A stretch of 64,000 nucleotides of DNA from Acidimicrobiia bacterium (GCA_046484325.1 JAWOJB010000063.1:874-64873); one strand, 5' to 3'. Shown: positions 49,458 to 58,966, counted from the stretch's first letter. Program-made: numbers and translations. The notes: generated from the sequence alone by a model not told the origin.

Positions 49458-50882
49458 GTGACCGTCCCCTTCTACGAGCCGCTGTCGTATCTCGACGCGT
49501 CGTTCCTCGCCCTCGAGACACGGACGACTCACATGCACGTGGCGGCCGTCGCCATCTTCGACGCCCGGGCGCTGCAACTCGAGGGAGGCGGCATCGACAT
49601 CGATCGGATCCGCGCCCATATCGAGGCGAAGCTCCAGTACATCCCCCGGTACCGGCAGCGGCTCGGGTACGTCCCGTACAACCGGTCGCCGGTGTGGGTG
49701 GACGACGATCACTTCAACTTCGACTACCACGTCCGTCACACGAGTCTGCCGCGGCCCGGCTCCGACGCCCAGCTCAAGCGGCTCACCGGCCGGATCCTCT
49801 CGAACCAACTCGATCGGGACAAGCCGCTCTGGGAGCTCTGGGTGGTGGAAGGCCTCGAGGGAGACCGCTTCGCCCTCATCGCCAAGCTTCATCACTGCAT
49901 GATCGACGGGATCGCCGGAGTCGATCTCACCACGATCCTCCTCAACGTCGTCCCCGACGGGACGATCGAGCAGGCCCCGCACTGGCGGCCGCGCCCGGCA
50001 CCGACCGGGACCCAGCTGGCGGTGGCCGAGATCGCCAAGGCCACGCGGCGGACGATCGATCTCATCGCCGACGCCGGGGGCATCGTGAAACGATCGAGCT
50101 CGGCGCTGTCGACCGCCGGCCACCGGATGTCGGCGGCCAAGGAGTCGCTCTCCTCGGGCTGGCTCACCCCGGCCAGCCGGACGCCGCTCAACCCCGAGAT
50201 CGGCCCCAACCGGCGGTTCGACTGGACCGAGATGGGCCTCGACGAGATCAAGGCGGTCAAGAACGCCCTCGGGGGGACCGTGAACGACGTCGTGCTCGCG
50301 ATCGCCACCGGGGCAGTCCGCCACTTCCTCCAGGTCCACCGCAACTACCCAGTGGATGGCCTCGAGTTCCGGGCGATGGCCCCGGTGAGCGTGCGGATGG
50401 AGCACCAGCGCGGACGGCTCGGGAACCAGGTGGCGATGTGGCTCGTCGAGCTCCCGGTGGGATCCGCCGACCCGGCCGGGTGGGTGCACCAGATCGCCGG
50501 CGAGACCCGCCATCTCAAGGAGACCGATCAGGCACTCGGAGCGGCCACCATCGTCGAGCTCTCGAGCGGCACCCCGGTGCCGCTCCTGTCCCTCGCCTCC
50601 CGACTCGCGAGCAACGTCCTTCGGCCGTTCAACCTCACGATCACCAACGTGCCCGGCCCTCAGTTCCCCATGTACCTGCTCGAGGCCCGGATGGTCGCCA
50701 ACTACCCGATCGTCCCGCTCTGGGCTCAACACGGGGTGGGCCTGGCCCTCTTCAGCTACGACGGGCGCCTGCAGTGGGGTATCCACGCCGACTACGACGC
50801 CCTCCCCGACACCGGGGCGTTCGTCGAGTCGCTTCACCACGCGTTCAGGCAACTCCAGAACGCGGCCACGACAGCCGGCTGA
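49458..50882 (+). CDS. wax ester synthase/diacylglycerol acyltransferase (WS/DGAT)
   Basis: HHCMIDGIAG active-site motif and NLTITNVPGP. GTG 49458 is the first start clear of the tRNA. Confidence 0.88.
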   Translation: MTVPFYEPLSYLDASFLALETRTTHMHVAAVAIFDARALQLEGGGIDIDRIRAHIEAKLQYIPRYRQRLGYVPYNRSPVWVDDDHFNFDYHVRHTSLPRPGSDAQLKRLTGRILSNQLDRDKPLWELWVVEGLEGDRFALIAKLHHCMIDGIAGVDLTTILLNVVPDGTIEQAPHWRPRPAPTGTQLAVAEIAKATRRTIDLIADAGGIVKRSSSALSTAGHRMSAAKESLSSGWLTPASRTPLNPEIGPNRRFDWTEMGLDEIKAVKNALGGTVNDVVLAIATGAVRHFLQVHRNYPVDGLEFRAMAPVSVRMEHQRGRLGNQVAMWLVELPVGSADPAGWVHQIAGETRHLKETDQALGAATIVELSSGTPVPLLSLASRLASNVLRPFNLTITNVPGPQFPMYLLEARMVANYPIVPLWAQHGVGLALFSYDGRLQWGIHADYDALPDTGAFVESLHHAFRQLQNAATTAG

Positions 50883-50884
50883 CG

Positions 50885-51955
50885 ATGACGGTCGACGTCC
50901 TACTGATCGCGGTGGGGGTGGTTGGCCTCGTCTTTGGCGCCGATTGGCTTGTCCGGGGTGCCTCGTCCCTCGCCGAGCGGCTCGGGGTTTCCCCCCTCGT
51001 CATCGGTCTCACCGTCGTCGCGTTCGGGACCAGCGCTCCCGAGCTGGCAGTCTCGGTGGGCGCTGCCATCGGCGGTAGCACCGACGTCGCCCTCGGGAAC
51101 GTAGTTGGCAGCAACATCTTCAACGTGCTCGTCATCCTCGGCGCCGCCGCGGTGGTGCGGGCCCAAGTCGTCCAACGCCGGCTGGTCCGAATCGAGGTCC
51201 CGTTCCTGATTGCGGTCTCGGCCGGAGCCTTGCTCGTCGCCACCGACGGCGAGGTGGGTCGGGCGGAGGGGGTGACGATGATCGCGGTGGGTGTCGGCTA
51301 CACGGTCTGGCTGATCGTGGCGGCCAGGCGTTCGCGCGAGCCCGAGCCGGAGGTCCCCGGCAGCGGACACCACCGGACCCCGGCGGCGCTCGGCCTGGTG
51401 GCGGTGGGCCTGGTGGCGCTGGTCGCCGGTGCCCAGGCGCTCGTGTCCGGTGCCACCGGCATCGCTGGCGACCTCGGTGTGTCGGAGCTGGTGGTGGGGC
51501 TGACCGTGGTGGCAGCCGGGACCTCGCTTCCCGAGCTCGCCACCTCGCTCATCGCCGCCCGTCGGGGCCAAGCCGACATCGCCGTCGGCAATGTGATCGG
51601 CTCGAACCTGTTCAACCTGTTGATCGTCCTCGGGACGACGGCGACCATCCTGCCGGTGCCGGCCTCGATCGCTGCCCGTACCGTGGACCTCCCGGTCATG
51701 ACGGTCGTGGCGGTGGCCTGCCTCCCCGTCTTCTTCACCGGACACCGGGTGAGCCGGTGGGAGGGGTGGGTCTTCCTGGCTGGATACCTGGGCTATGCCA
51801 CCTACCTGGTCCTGCGGGGGATCGGATCCCCTGTGGCGAGCGACCTCGGCACCGCTCTCGCGGTGTTCACCTTGCCGCCGCTGTTGCTGACTCTCGCCGT
51901 GCTCGCCGTCCGCCAGCTCCACGCCGAGCGCCGCCGAGCCTCTCGGCCAACGTGA
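50885..51955 (+). CDS. calcium/cation antiporter (CaCA, YrbG-like)
   Basis: ATG 50885. Two alpha-repeats: GTSAPELAVSV..GNVVGSNIFN and GTSLPELATSL..GNVIGSNLFN. Confidence 0.88.
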   Translation: MTVDVLLIAVGVVGLVFGADWLVRGASSLAERLGVSPLVIGLTVVAFGTSAPELAVSVGAAIGGSTDVALGNVVGSNIFNVLVILGAAAVVRAQVVQRRLVRIEVPFLIAVSAGALLVATDGEVGRAEGVTMIAVGVGYTVWLIVAARRSREPEPEVPGSGHHRTPAALGLVAVGLVALVAGAQALVSGATGIAGDLGVSELVVGLTVVAAGTSLPELATSLIAARRGQADIAVGNVIGSNLFNLLIVLGTTATILPVPASIAARTVDLPVMTVVAVACLPVFFTGHRVSRWEGWVFLAGYLGYATYLVLRGIGSPVASDLGTALAVFTLPPLLLTLAVLAVRQLHAERRRASRPT

Positions 51956-52863
51956 GTCGCCGACCCCTGGCCGGGGCGCTGGCCGGTGCCGTGGCCATCT
52001 CGTTCTCGGCGATCTTCTTCGCTCTCTCGGAGGTGGCGCCGCTGAGCGGTGCCTTCTACCGGATGGCCTACGCCCTGCCCGTCCTCGGGTTCCTCTGGCT
52101 CCGTCATCGTGGGGTCGACCGCCGCACCGGCCGTGACCGCCTGCTCGCCGCCGTCGCCGGGAGCCTGCTCGCCCTCGACGTGATCGCCTGGCATGCGTCG
52201 ATCGGCTACATCGGCGCCGGGCTCGCCACCCTCATCGCCAACAGCCAGGTGGTGATCGTGCCCCTCGTCACCTGGGCGATCTTCGGGGAGCGCCCGGCTC
52301 CCTCCGCTCTCTGGGCCATGCCCGTCGTGATGCTGGGACTGGCCCTGATCACGGGCCTCGGACGGACCGATGCCTTCGGCTCGCGACCGGTGCTCGGCGT
52401 CGGGCTGGCGGTGGCGGCGGCGGCCCTCTACTCGGGCTTCCTCATCGCCTACCGGCGCTCGAACCGGGCGCTCGCCCATGCCTCGGGACCCCTCCTCGAC
52501 GCCACCGCCGGAGCGGCCCTCATCGCGCTGGCCGCCGCAGCGCTCGTCGGAGGTGCTGATCTGCTGCCCACCTGGCCGGCCCACGGGTGGCTGCTGCTCC
52601 TCGCCCTCAGCGCCCAGGTCGGCGGCTGGCTGGCGATCGGGTACGCCCTCCCGCGGCTCCCGGCCGCCCAGACCTCGTTCGCCATCGTCCTCCAGCCCTG
52701 CCTCACCCTGCTGTGGGGCGGGATCATCTTCGGCGAGCGACCCTCCTGGGTGCAGGGTGCCGGGGTCGCTCTCGTGCTCGCCGGAATCGCCCTGGCGGTG
52801 ACGGGTGGCGCTCGCACCGGATTGGTCAGGACCGCAACCAGTGCTCCAGCACCCAGCGGTTGA
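51952..52863 (+). CDS. DMT-superfamily (EamA-like) transporter
   Basis: GTG 51952 overlaps the upstream stop (GTGA). About 10 hydrophobic helices in two EamA-like halves. Confidence 0.75.
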   Translation: MSRRPLAGALAGAVAISFSAIFFALSEVAPLSGAFYRMAYALPVLGFLWLRHRGVDRRTGRDRLLAAVAGSLLALDVIAWHASIGYIGAGLATLIANSQVVIVPLVTWAIFGERPAPSALWAMPVVMLGLALITGLGRTDAFGSRPVLGVGLAVAAAALYSGFLIAYRRSNRALAHASGPLLDATAGAALIALAAAALVGGADLLPTWPAHGWLLLLALSAQVGGWLAIGYALPRLPAAQTSFAIVLQPCLTLLWGGIIFGERPSWVQGAGVALVLAGIALAVTGGARTGLVRTATSAPAPSG

Positions 52864-53617
52864 CCGCCTCGGGGTGTTCCATCGGCGACATGTGCCCGGC
52901 GCCCGGGATCACCCGAGCGGTCACGCCGCCAGACTCCGCCATGGCCGCCGCCTCCTCGGGCGGGGTGATGGCGTCGTGTTCGCCGACCAGCACCGCCAGC
53001 GGCGCCTCGAGGGTGGCCAGCACCTGCGTCCGATCCGGTCGATCGCGCATGCCCCGGAGATCGGCCACCATGGTCTCGGCCGGCGTCTCCTCGATCATCG
53101 TTCGCAGGCGGGCCCGTACGAGAACACCGGCCCCGGCGGCGACGAGACGCGGGATCATGTCGGCGGCGACCCGGCCCGTTCCCTCGGTGGCGGCGACCTC
53201 GGCCATGGTGTCGCGGCCGGTCCGGGTCTGGTCGGTATCGGAACCGGATCGCGTGTCGATGAGCGTCAACGTCCGCACGAGCTCGGGTCGCCGCTCGGCC
53301 AGGGCCAGGGCCACGTAGCCCCCCATCGACAGGGCGACGACGTCGGCCCCCTCCAGCGTGATGGCCTCGATCACCGCTGCCAGGTCGTCGGCCAGCAGCT
53401 CCGGTGAGTGCACGGCGTCTCCCACCCACGGGGAGGCACCGTGCCCCCGCAGATCCACGGCGACGCAGCGCCGGTGTCGAGAGAGCGCGATGAGCTGATC
53501 GAGCCACATCCGATGGTCGAGCGGGAAGCCGTGGATGAACAGCGCCACCCGGCCGTTGCCGAGCGCGTGGCAGGCCAGACTCGCCTCGCCCACCCTGAGT
53601 ACCGACGTCTCGAGCAC
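52826..53617 (-). CDS. alpha/beta-fold hydrolase
   Basis: 263 aa with LFIHGFPLD, the nucleophile elbow ALSMGG and a C-terminal GAGHMSPMEHPE. Confidence 0.85.
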   Translation of the reverse strand: MLETSVLRVGEASLACHALGNGRVALFIHGFPLDHRMWLDQLIALSRHRRCVAVDLRGHGASPWVGDAVHSPELLADDLAAVIEAITLEGADVVALSMGGYVALALAERRPELVRTLTLIDTRSGSDTDQTRTGRDTMAEVAATEGTGRVAADMIPRLVAAGAGVLVRARLRTMIEETPAETMVADLRGMRDRPDRTQVLATLEAPLAVLVGEHDAITPPEEAAAMAESGGVTARVIPGAGHMSPMEHPEAVNRWVLEHWLRS

Positions 53618-53626
53618 AGGGCGACC

Positions 53627-54037
53627 CTAGAGGACTTCGACGACCGAGGCCGCCTTGACGGCTCCCCAGTCCAGATGGGCGCGCCACACCTCCTCGCCCA
53701 GCGACGCCGACGACGCCGGTGCCAGGTGGTAGACGTCCCCGGGGAGGGCCCGCTCGGTCACCTCGTCCCGCCGGATCGGGTCCACGGCGGCCTCGGACAG
53801 GACGTGGGTGGGGAAGCGCATGGCCTCCTGGAACACTTCGAGCGGACCCCGAGGTTGAATGTGGAACGGTCGTCCGAGGAGATCGTCGAGCTCGGCGGCA
53901 AGCCAGGCCGCTCCTGCATCGAGTGCCACGTCGAGACCCTCGGGCCGGGGCAAGCCGAGCTCCTCGAGCCTGTGATGGACATATGGCCGGTAGGCGTCGA
54001 CCAGCAGACCGGACAGGCGCTCGGAGGCTTCATGCAC
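53627..54037 (-). CDS. hypothetical protein
   Basis: 136-aa ORF with a GTG start, GC3-consistent frame, same strand as and 24 nt downstream of the CvpA-CAP gene. No motif recognised. Confidence 0.5.
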   Translation of the reverse strand: MHEASERLSGLLVDAYRPYVHHRLEELGLPRPEGLDVALDAGAAWLAAELDDLLGRPFHIQPRGPLEVFQEAMRFPTHVLSEAAVDPIRRDEVTERALPGDVYHLAPASSASLGEEVWRAHLDWGAVKAASVVEVL

Positions 54038-54061
54038 GACCGGACTCTCCCACGTCCCGGG

Positions 54062-55033
54062 TCATCGATCACCGAATACCTGGACCACCATGAGGCCGGA
54101 CGGCCCGCGGACGGCGGCGATTCCGACCACGTCGTACTCCCTGCGCAGCATGTTCTCGCGGTGGCTGGGAGATTCCATGAGCCCGTCGTGCACGGCGCGC
54201 GACGAGGCGGCGAGGGCCAGGTTCTCCCCCACCCGGGTCAGCCGGATGTCGGCCTGGCGCACCCGGTCTGAGACCGTCCCCGTTGTGGGCGAGGTGTGGG
54301 AGAAGAAGCCGTTGACGTACATGTCGATGGCATGGCCACGCGCGACCTCGGCCAGACCGTCGGACCAGCCGAGCGGGTCGGCCCCGGCTGCCGCCCGCGA
54401 CATGTTGAGCCTGGCGTAGAGGTCGGCGGCATCGTCCGGCCGGGACTCCAAGTCGCCGGGTGAGGCGGGCTCGATGGCGATGGTGTCGCCCTCCTCGAGC
54501 ACCACCCGACGTGTGCCCAGGCCCTCTCGGAGCGCCAGCAGGCTGTCGAGCACCTCGTCTCCCGCCAGCCGCTGGAACAGCTGCTGGGGCATCGCTCCCG
54601 GTGCCGCGATCCAGGCGATCACCGAGGACTCCTCGAGCGTCGACTCCACGGTCTCTGGGGGGTCGAAGGCCCGTAGGACGGTGACGCCCACGAGCACGAT
54701 CACCACGCCCCAGGCGGTCGCCACCAACGATCCTCCGAACCGGTTGACCAGCGTGAGACCCGGCAGCCGCATCATCCTGCCGAGATAGTGGGCGAGCACG
54801 GTCATGGCGACTCCGACCGCGATGAACAGGGCCACTCCTGCCCCCAACCGGGCCCACTCGGGGGTCATCCCGAATCGATCGGCGAGCTCGTCGCCGAGCG
54901 GAGCGGCCAATCGAAACGCGATGAGCACACCCAGAACCGGGCCGGCCAGGTCGAGGGCCTCGCGAACGAACCCTCGCATCCAACCCCGCACCAGCAGGGC
55001 GGCGAGGAACATGCCGAGGAGGAAGTCGATCAT
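54062..55033 (-). CDS. CvpA-family membrane domain fused to CAP/SCP (YkwD-like) domain
   Basis: Trimmed to ATG 55033 (MIDFLLGMFLAALLVRGW). 4 TM helices, then GHAIDMYVNGFFSHTSP..ENLA..HRENML, which is typical of CAP domains. Confidence 0.75.
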   Translation of the reverse strand: MIDFLLGMFLAALLVRGWMRGFVREALDLAGPVLGVLIAFRLAAPLGDELADRFGMTPEWARLGAGVALFIAVGVAMTVLAHYLGRMMRLPGLTLVNRFGGSLVATAWGVVIVLVGVTVLRAFDPPETVESTLEESSVIAWIAAPGAMPQQLFQRLAGDEVLDSLLALREGLGTRRVVLEEGDTIAIEPASPGDLESRPDDAADLYARLNMSRAAAGADPLGWSDGLAEVARGHAIDMYVNGFFSHTSPTTGTVSDRVRQADIRLTRVGENLALAASSRAVHDGLMESPSHRENMLRREYDVVGIAAVRGPSGLMVVQVFGDR

Positions 55034-55052
55034 GACCTGTCCCGGAGCGGGC

Positions 55053-55817
55053 TCATCCCTCGCCTGGCAGCGGCAGGTCGAGGACCTCGATCCGCATCCG
55101 CTTGTTGGCCTTGCCCTTCGACTCGGTCTTGACGACCCTGACCCGGCCGACCTCGAGGGTGGAGCGAACGTGGGTGCCACCGTCGGCCTGCCGGTCGAGC
55201 CCCACGATGTCGACTACCCGGATCTCGCGCACGTACTCGGGGATCAGGTTCACCTTCGTCCGGATCAGGTCGGGGTCGGAGAGCGCCTGATCCCGGGCGA
55301 GGTAGAGGATCTCGGCCGGATAGCCTCGGGCCAGCTCCCGGTTGAGCACCTCCTCGACGCTCCGGCCGAACTCCTGGGAGATGCCCTCCAGCTCGAAGTC
55401 CATGCGGGCCACCCCCGGTTCCATGTTGCCGCCCGTCACCTTGGCGCCGAAGTCCCGGTAGACGACGCCGGAGAGCGCATGTAGGGCGGTGTGGGTCCGC
55501 ATCAGCAGGTACCGGCGGTCCCAGTCGATCACCGCCTCGACCGGCGTGCCCGGACCGGGGAGCTCGTCGGTGTCGACCAGGTGGACGATCCGGCCCTGGC
55601 TACGCACGGTGTCGACGATTCGCGCCTCCCCGTCACCCCAGCGCACGACCCCCGTGTCGCCGGGCTGGCCGCCACCCCGGGCGTAGAAGGGCGTGCGATC
55701 GAGGATCAACCCCCCCTCCACGACCTCGATCACCGAACCCTCGGCGACGGCGCAGTAGCTGTCGGCGGCGGCGATCTCCTCGATGTCGGGCACGGCGACC
55801 TCCGGACCGGTTGCCAC
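55053..55817 (-). CDS. AlaX-type alanyl-tRNA editing protein
   Basis: 254 aa with FYARGGGQPGDTG, HTALHAL and DGGTHV (editing-domain zinc/HxxxH motifs). Confidence 0.85.
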   Translation of the reverse strand: MATGPEVAVPDIEEIAAADSYCAVAEGSVIEVVEGGLILDRTPFYARGGGQPGDTGVVRWGDGEARIVDTVRSQGRIVHLVDTDELPGPGTPVEAVIDWDRRYLLMRTHTALHALSGVVYRDFGAKVTGGNMEPGVARMDFELEGISQEFGRSVEEVLNRELARGYPAEILYLARDQALSDPDLIRTKVNLIPEYVREIRVVDIVGLDRQADGGTHVRSTLEVGRVRVVKTESKGKANKRMRIEVLDLPLPGEG

Positions 55818-55838
55818 CAGGCTAGAGGCGTCGCCCTC

Positions 55839-57101
55839 CTACGCCGGTGAGCCCCGCCGGGCTTCCTCGGAGCTCTCGCCGGGACCCCCTCCCGTCGTTT
55901 CGATCTCGGCGGTGTCGAACAGCCTCGCCTGGGCCCCCGGAGACCGGCGGCGCTGCGGCACCAGCCTGGCGGGCGGCGGTGACCGCTCGATCATGGCATC
56001 GGTGGCCTCTTCCCACGACTCCCCCAGCATTCGAGTGCGCCAGATGTGGCCGACGATCACCCGGATCACCGAGAGCACGGGCACCGCCACCAGCACTCCG
56101 AGCAGGCCCGCCACCGAGCCGCCGACGAGGAGGGCGACGAGGATGGCGAACGGTGAGAGCTGGACCCGGGACCGGAGCACGACCGGGGTGACGATGTGGT
56201 TGTCGATCTGCTGGACGGCCGTGAGGGCGAGGACGGCTGCGATCGCCTTGCCGGGGGAGCCCTCCAGCAAGGCCACGAACGCGGCCAGCGCCCCACCCAC
56301 GAACGGGCCGATGAAGGGTATGAGGTTCAGGAATCCCGAGAGCACCCCGATGATAAGCCAGAAGGGGACGTCGACCAGCCGGAGCGCAAGGCTCGACATC
56401 ACGCCGACGATGGTCGCCACCACCAGTTGCCCCCTGACGAAGCCGGTGAGGACGCCGAACACGTTCCCCCCCACGTACGCCACCTCGGCCCTGCCACCCG
56501 GCGGCACGAGCATCGGCGCCGTACGGCGAAGCCTGGGGAGGTCGAGCAGCAGGTAGAAGGCGAGCACCGGTACGAGGAGGACGACGAACACGATCTCGCT
56601 GAACCCGCGCAACACCCTGCCCGCCCCGGTGCCGAACCCACCCAGGTACTCCTGGATCGTCGCCTGGTTGGCCGGGTCCCTGAGCCACTCGAGGATCGTC
56701 GCAGAGGTCCACACCGGCCCGAGGTCGATTCCCAGCTGCTCGCCGAGATCCTGCAGCCATACGACCGTGCGGTCGTAGATGGTTGGGAACTGGGCGACGA
56801 ATTCGGAGAACTGCTGGCGGATCGGCGGGATGAGCAGGAACCCGATCACGGTGAGCAGCCCCAGGCTCAGCAGGTAGGCGATGAGAATCGCGATCACCCG
56901 GGGGAGCCCCGACCGCTGGATCCTCCCCACGAGCGGGTCGAGGATCACCACGGTGCCGGCGGCGAGCACCAGCGGCATCCAGATGACGTGAACCTGGCCG
57001 GCCATCCACAACAGCCCGGCGGCGAGGATGAGGGCTCCGATGGTCGCCCAGACCCAAAGCGTCACCCGACGGAGACGGTCTGGGCCGGAGAGCTCTGACA
57101 C
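55839..57101 (-). CDS. AI-2E family transporter (PerM-like)
   Basis: 420 aa with a GTG start, 8 hydrophobic helices, LNLIPFIGPFVGG motif and an acidic/charged C-terminal tail. Confidence 0.8.
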   Translation of the reverse strand: MSELSGPDRLRRVTLWVWATIGALILAAGLLWMAGQVHVIWMPLVLAAGTVVILDPLVGRIQRSGLPRVIAILIAYLLSLGLLTVIGFLLIPPIRQQFSEFVAQFPTIYDRTVVWLQDLGEQLGIDLGPVWTSATILEWLRDPANQATIQEYLGGFGTGAGRVLRGFSEIVFVVLLVPVLAFYLLLDLPRLRRTAPMLVPPGGRAEVAYVGGNVFGVLTGFVRGQLVVATIVGVMSSLALRLVDVPFWLIIGVLSGFLNLIPFIGPFVGGALAAFVALLEGSPGKAIAAVLALTAVQQIDNHIVTPVVLRSRVQLSPFAILVALLVGGSVAGLLGVLVAVPVLSVIRVIVGHIWRTRMLGESWEEATDAMIERSPPPARLVPQRRRSPGAQARLFDTAEIETTGGGPGESSEEARRGSPA

Positions 57102-57149
57102 GGAGGGAGTGTACCGACCGGCGGCACCCGGAGCGGGGAGCCCGGCTCG

Positions 57150-58013
57150 CTACGGGTACCGGACCACCACGGTCGAGCCCGGCGCGACGACGAGTGTCCA
57201 CCCCTCGCCTTCCGCCGGGGCACGGGATCCGCCGTCACCGGCGACCCAGTCGGGCGGGACCCCCGCCTCTCCGGTGACCTCTACGGGAACACCGGGAGGC
57301 ACCTCCACCTCCAGGTCGCCTGCCAGCCCGACACGGCCGGTGCCGGCCCCGAGCCGGATCCACCCCGACCCGGCAACCCGGGTGGACGAGACCGGCACCG
57401 TCCGGAGATCGGCCTCGACCATGGGCGCCTCCAGGTCGAGCGTCCAGGTGATGCCGGGGGCGAGGCCCACCCGCCATCCTGAGAACCGATACCAGCGATC
57501 GGGGGGCCGCTCTTCCACCACCAGCTGGAGCTCGCCCGAGGCGAGCCGCTCCACGACCTGGGGGGCGCCCACCGGACCTCCCTCTCGGAGCGGAGACACC
57601 GAGTAGCTGGCGACACCCCCCTCTGCCACGACCAGCCGCCCACGGTCGAGCCCCACCGTCATGCGGCCGGCGGTCGCCGAGACCGGGAACCCGACCACCG
57701 TCGCCTGCCCGCTCGGGAGCAGCGGCCATCCGGCCAGATAGGCGCCCGTGGCCAGGATCATCCACGTCAGCAGGATGAGGGCCGGCACCGCGATCAGACG
57801 GGGATGCGCTCTGCGCAAGGGAAGGGCGATGGCCAGCGCCACCACGGCGAGGAGCCCGGCGGGCCAGAACGAGACGAGATCGAGGACGAGGACCGGTGAC
57901 ACGGCATCCGAGAGGATCCCGGTGGCGAGCGCGACGCCGGCCGCCACGACCATGAGCCACGATGCCAACGGCCACGGCCCGGCGAGCCGCGGTACCCCGT
58001 GCCGCCCGCTCAC
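57150..58013 (-). CDS. hypothetical membrane protein with beta-rich C-terminal domain
   Basis: 287 aa. GTG overlaps the upstream stop (GTGA). About 4 N-terminal helices, then a beta-strand-like repetitive region. Confidence 0.55.
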   Translation of the reverse strand: MSGRHGVPRLAGPWPLASWLMVVAAGVALATGILSDAVSPVLVLDLVSFWPAGLLAVVALAIALPLRRAHPRLIAVPALILLTWMILATGAYLAGWPLLPSGQATVVGFPVSATAGRMTVGLDRGRLVVAEGGVASYSVSPLREGGPVGAPQVVERLASGELQLVVEERPPDRWYRFSGWRVGLAPGITWTLDLEAPMVEADLRTVPVSSTRVAGSGWIRLGAGTGRVGLAGDLEVEVPPGVPVEVTGEAGVPPDWVAGDGGSRAPAEGEGWTLVVAPGSTVVVRYP

Positions 58014-58564
58014 TCTTCGAAGGAGGCGCCCAGCACCACGACCAGATCGGCGGGCCCGGCCGGGTCCGGCGTGACCTCGACGAGGGCGTCGGGAAACGCT
58101 GCCGAGAGCTCGATCGCCTCGGGGAGGAAACCCTCCTGGTACCAGATACGAGACACCTCGACCAACCCATCGGGGTTGTTAACCGCGGACAGCGTGCGGT
58201 ACCCGGCGTCCGAGAGCTGTTCGGTGACCCGGGCGGCGAGACCCTCGACGCCTGTGCCGTTGAAGACCTGGACGGTGACCTCGGAGGGGGGCCGCGCCTC
58301 GGGCGCGGCAGTGGTGGTGGTCGCCGGCTGCGTGCTCGTGGTGGTCCTCGGCGCGGTCGTGGTCGTGGTCGGTGTCTCGCCTGTGGTCGTCGTGGGCACC
58401 GTGGTGGGAACGGTTGTCGTGGCGGGGGTGCCGTCGTCGCCGATCCGATCGAACAACCACAGACCGCCGAACACGAGCACCGCCACCCCGGCGATCGCCA
58501 GGATCATGAAGACCAGGTCACGCCAGAAGGTCGACGAGGCGGGATCGACATGGCGGCCCGACAT
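58010..58564 (-). CDS. LytR_C-domain membrane protein with Thr/Pro-rich linker
   Basis: 184 aa. One TM helix, a TTTVPTTVPTTTTGETPTTTTT linker, then VTVQVFNGTGVEGLAARV, which is typical of the LytR C-terminal domain. Confidence 0.75.
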   Translation of the reverse strand: MSGRHVDPASSTFWRDLVFMILAIAGVAVLVFGGLWLFDRIGDDGTPATTTVPTTVPTTTTGETPTTTTTAPRTTTSTQPATTTTAAPEARPPSEVTVQVFNGTGVEGLAARVTEQLSDAGYRTLSAVNNPDGLVEVSRIWYQEGFLPEAIELSAAFPDALVEVTPDPAGPADLVVVLGASFEE

Positions 58565-58671
58565 CTCACGGCCTCCCGACGTGCGAGCGCGACTGCGGGA
58601 ACGAGAACATCAACCGGCGAAGGGTATCCCGGGTTCCCGGGCAACCCGGGGTTTTCGGGAGGGCGCGGCTC

Positions 58672-58718
58672 ATCATTGAGCAACGGTGAGGGCTGTGGCC
58701 ATCTGGCTGCTCAATGAT
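58672..58718. repeat. palindrome family B copy 2 (13-bp arms, 21-nt spacer)
   Basis: The sequence is ATCATTGAGCAAC-ggtgagggctgtggccatctg-GCTGCTCAATGAT. It has the same core and spacing as 23277-23323, one internal mismatch, and a swapped outermost pair (A-T instead of T-A). Confidence 0.8.
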
Positions 58719-58927
58719 CGCGGATGCCGGGTTGGGCCGCGACGACATCGACGAAGTCATCCTCGCCACCGACACCCCCGAGTTCTGGACCCCCGACCCC
58801 GCCGCGTTCCTGCACCGCTGGCCCTGTGGAGGCTCGATCGACGGGACTGGTGAGCTCGGGCGACCTGGTAGTGCTCACCGCCTTCGGTGCCGGCTTTCAC
58901 TGGGCGGCCGCCGCCATCCAGTTCTGA
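58714..58927 (+). pseudogene. remnant of a FabH-like (KAS III) gene with internal deletion and frameshift
   Basis: One frame reads IADAGLGRDDIDEVILATDTPEF, which resembles the N-terminal region of KAS III. A second frame reads GLVSSGDLVVLTAFGAGFHWAAAAIQF-stop, a KAS III C-terminus. About 70 codons remain in total. Confidence 0.6.
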
Positions 58928-58966
58928 TCACCGACTGCCAGATCACCTGGGACACGGCGATCGGAG

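Noticed and set aside
57999-58564. Two consecutive genes both beginning M-S-G-R-H (starts at 58564 and 58013), possible duplication
   Set aside because: The nucleotide sequences of the two starts differ (ATGTCGGGCCGCCAT versus GTGAGCGGGCGGCAC), and the proteins are unrelated beyond residue 5. I treat this as coincidence.
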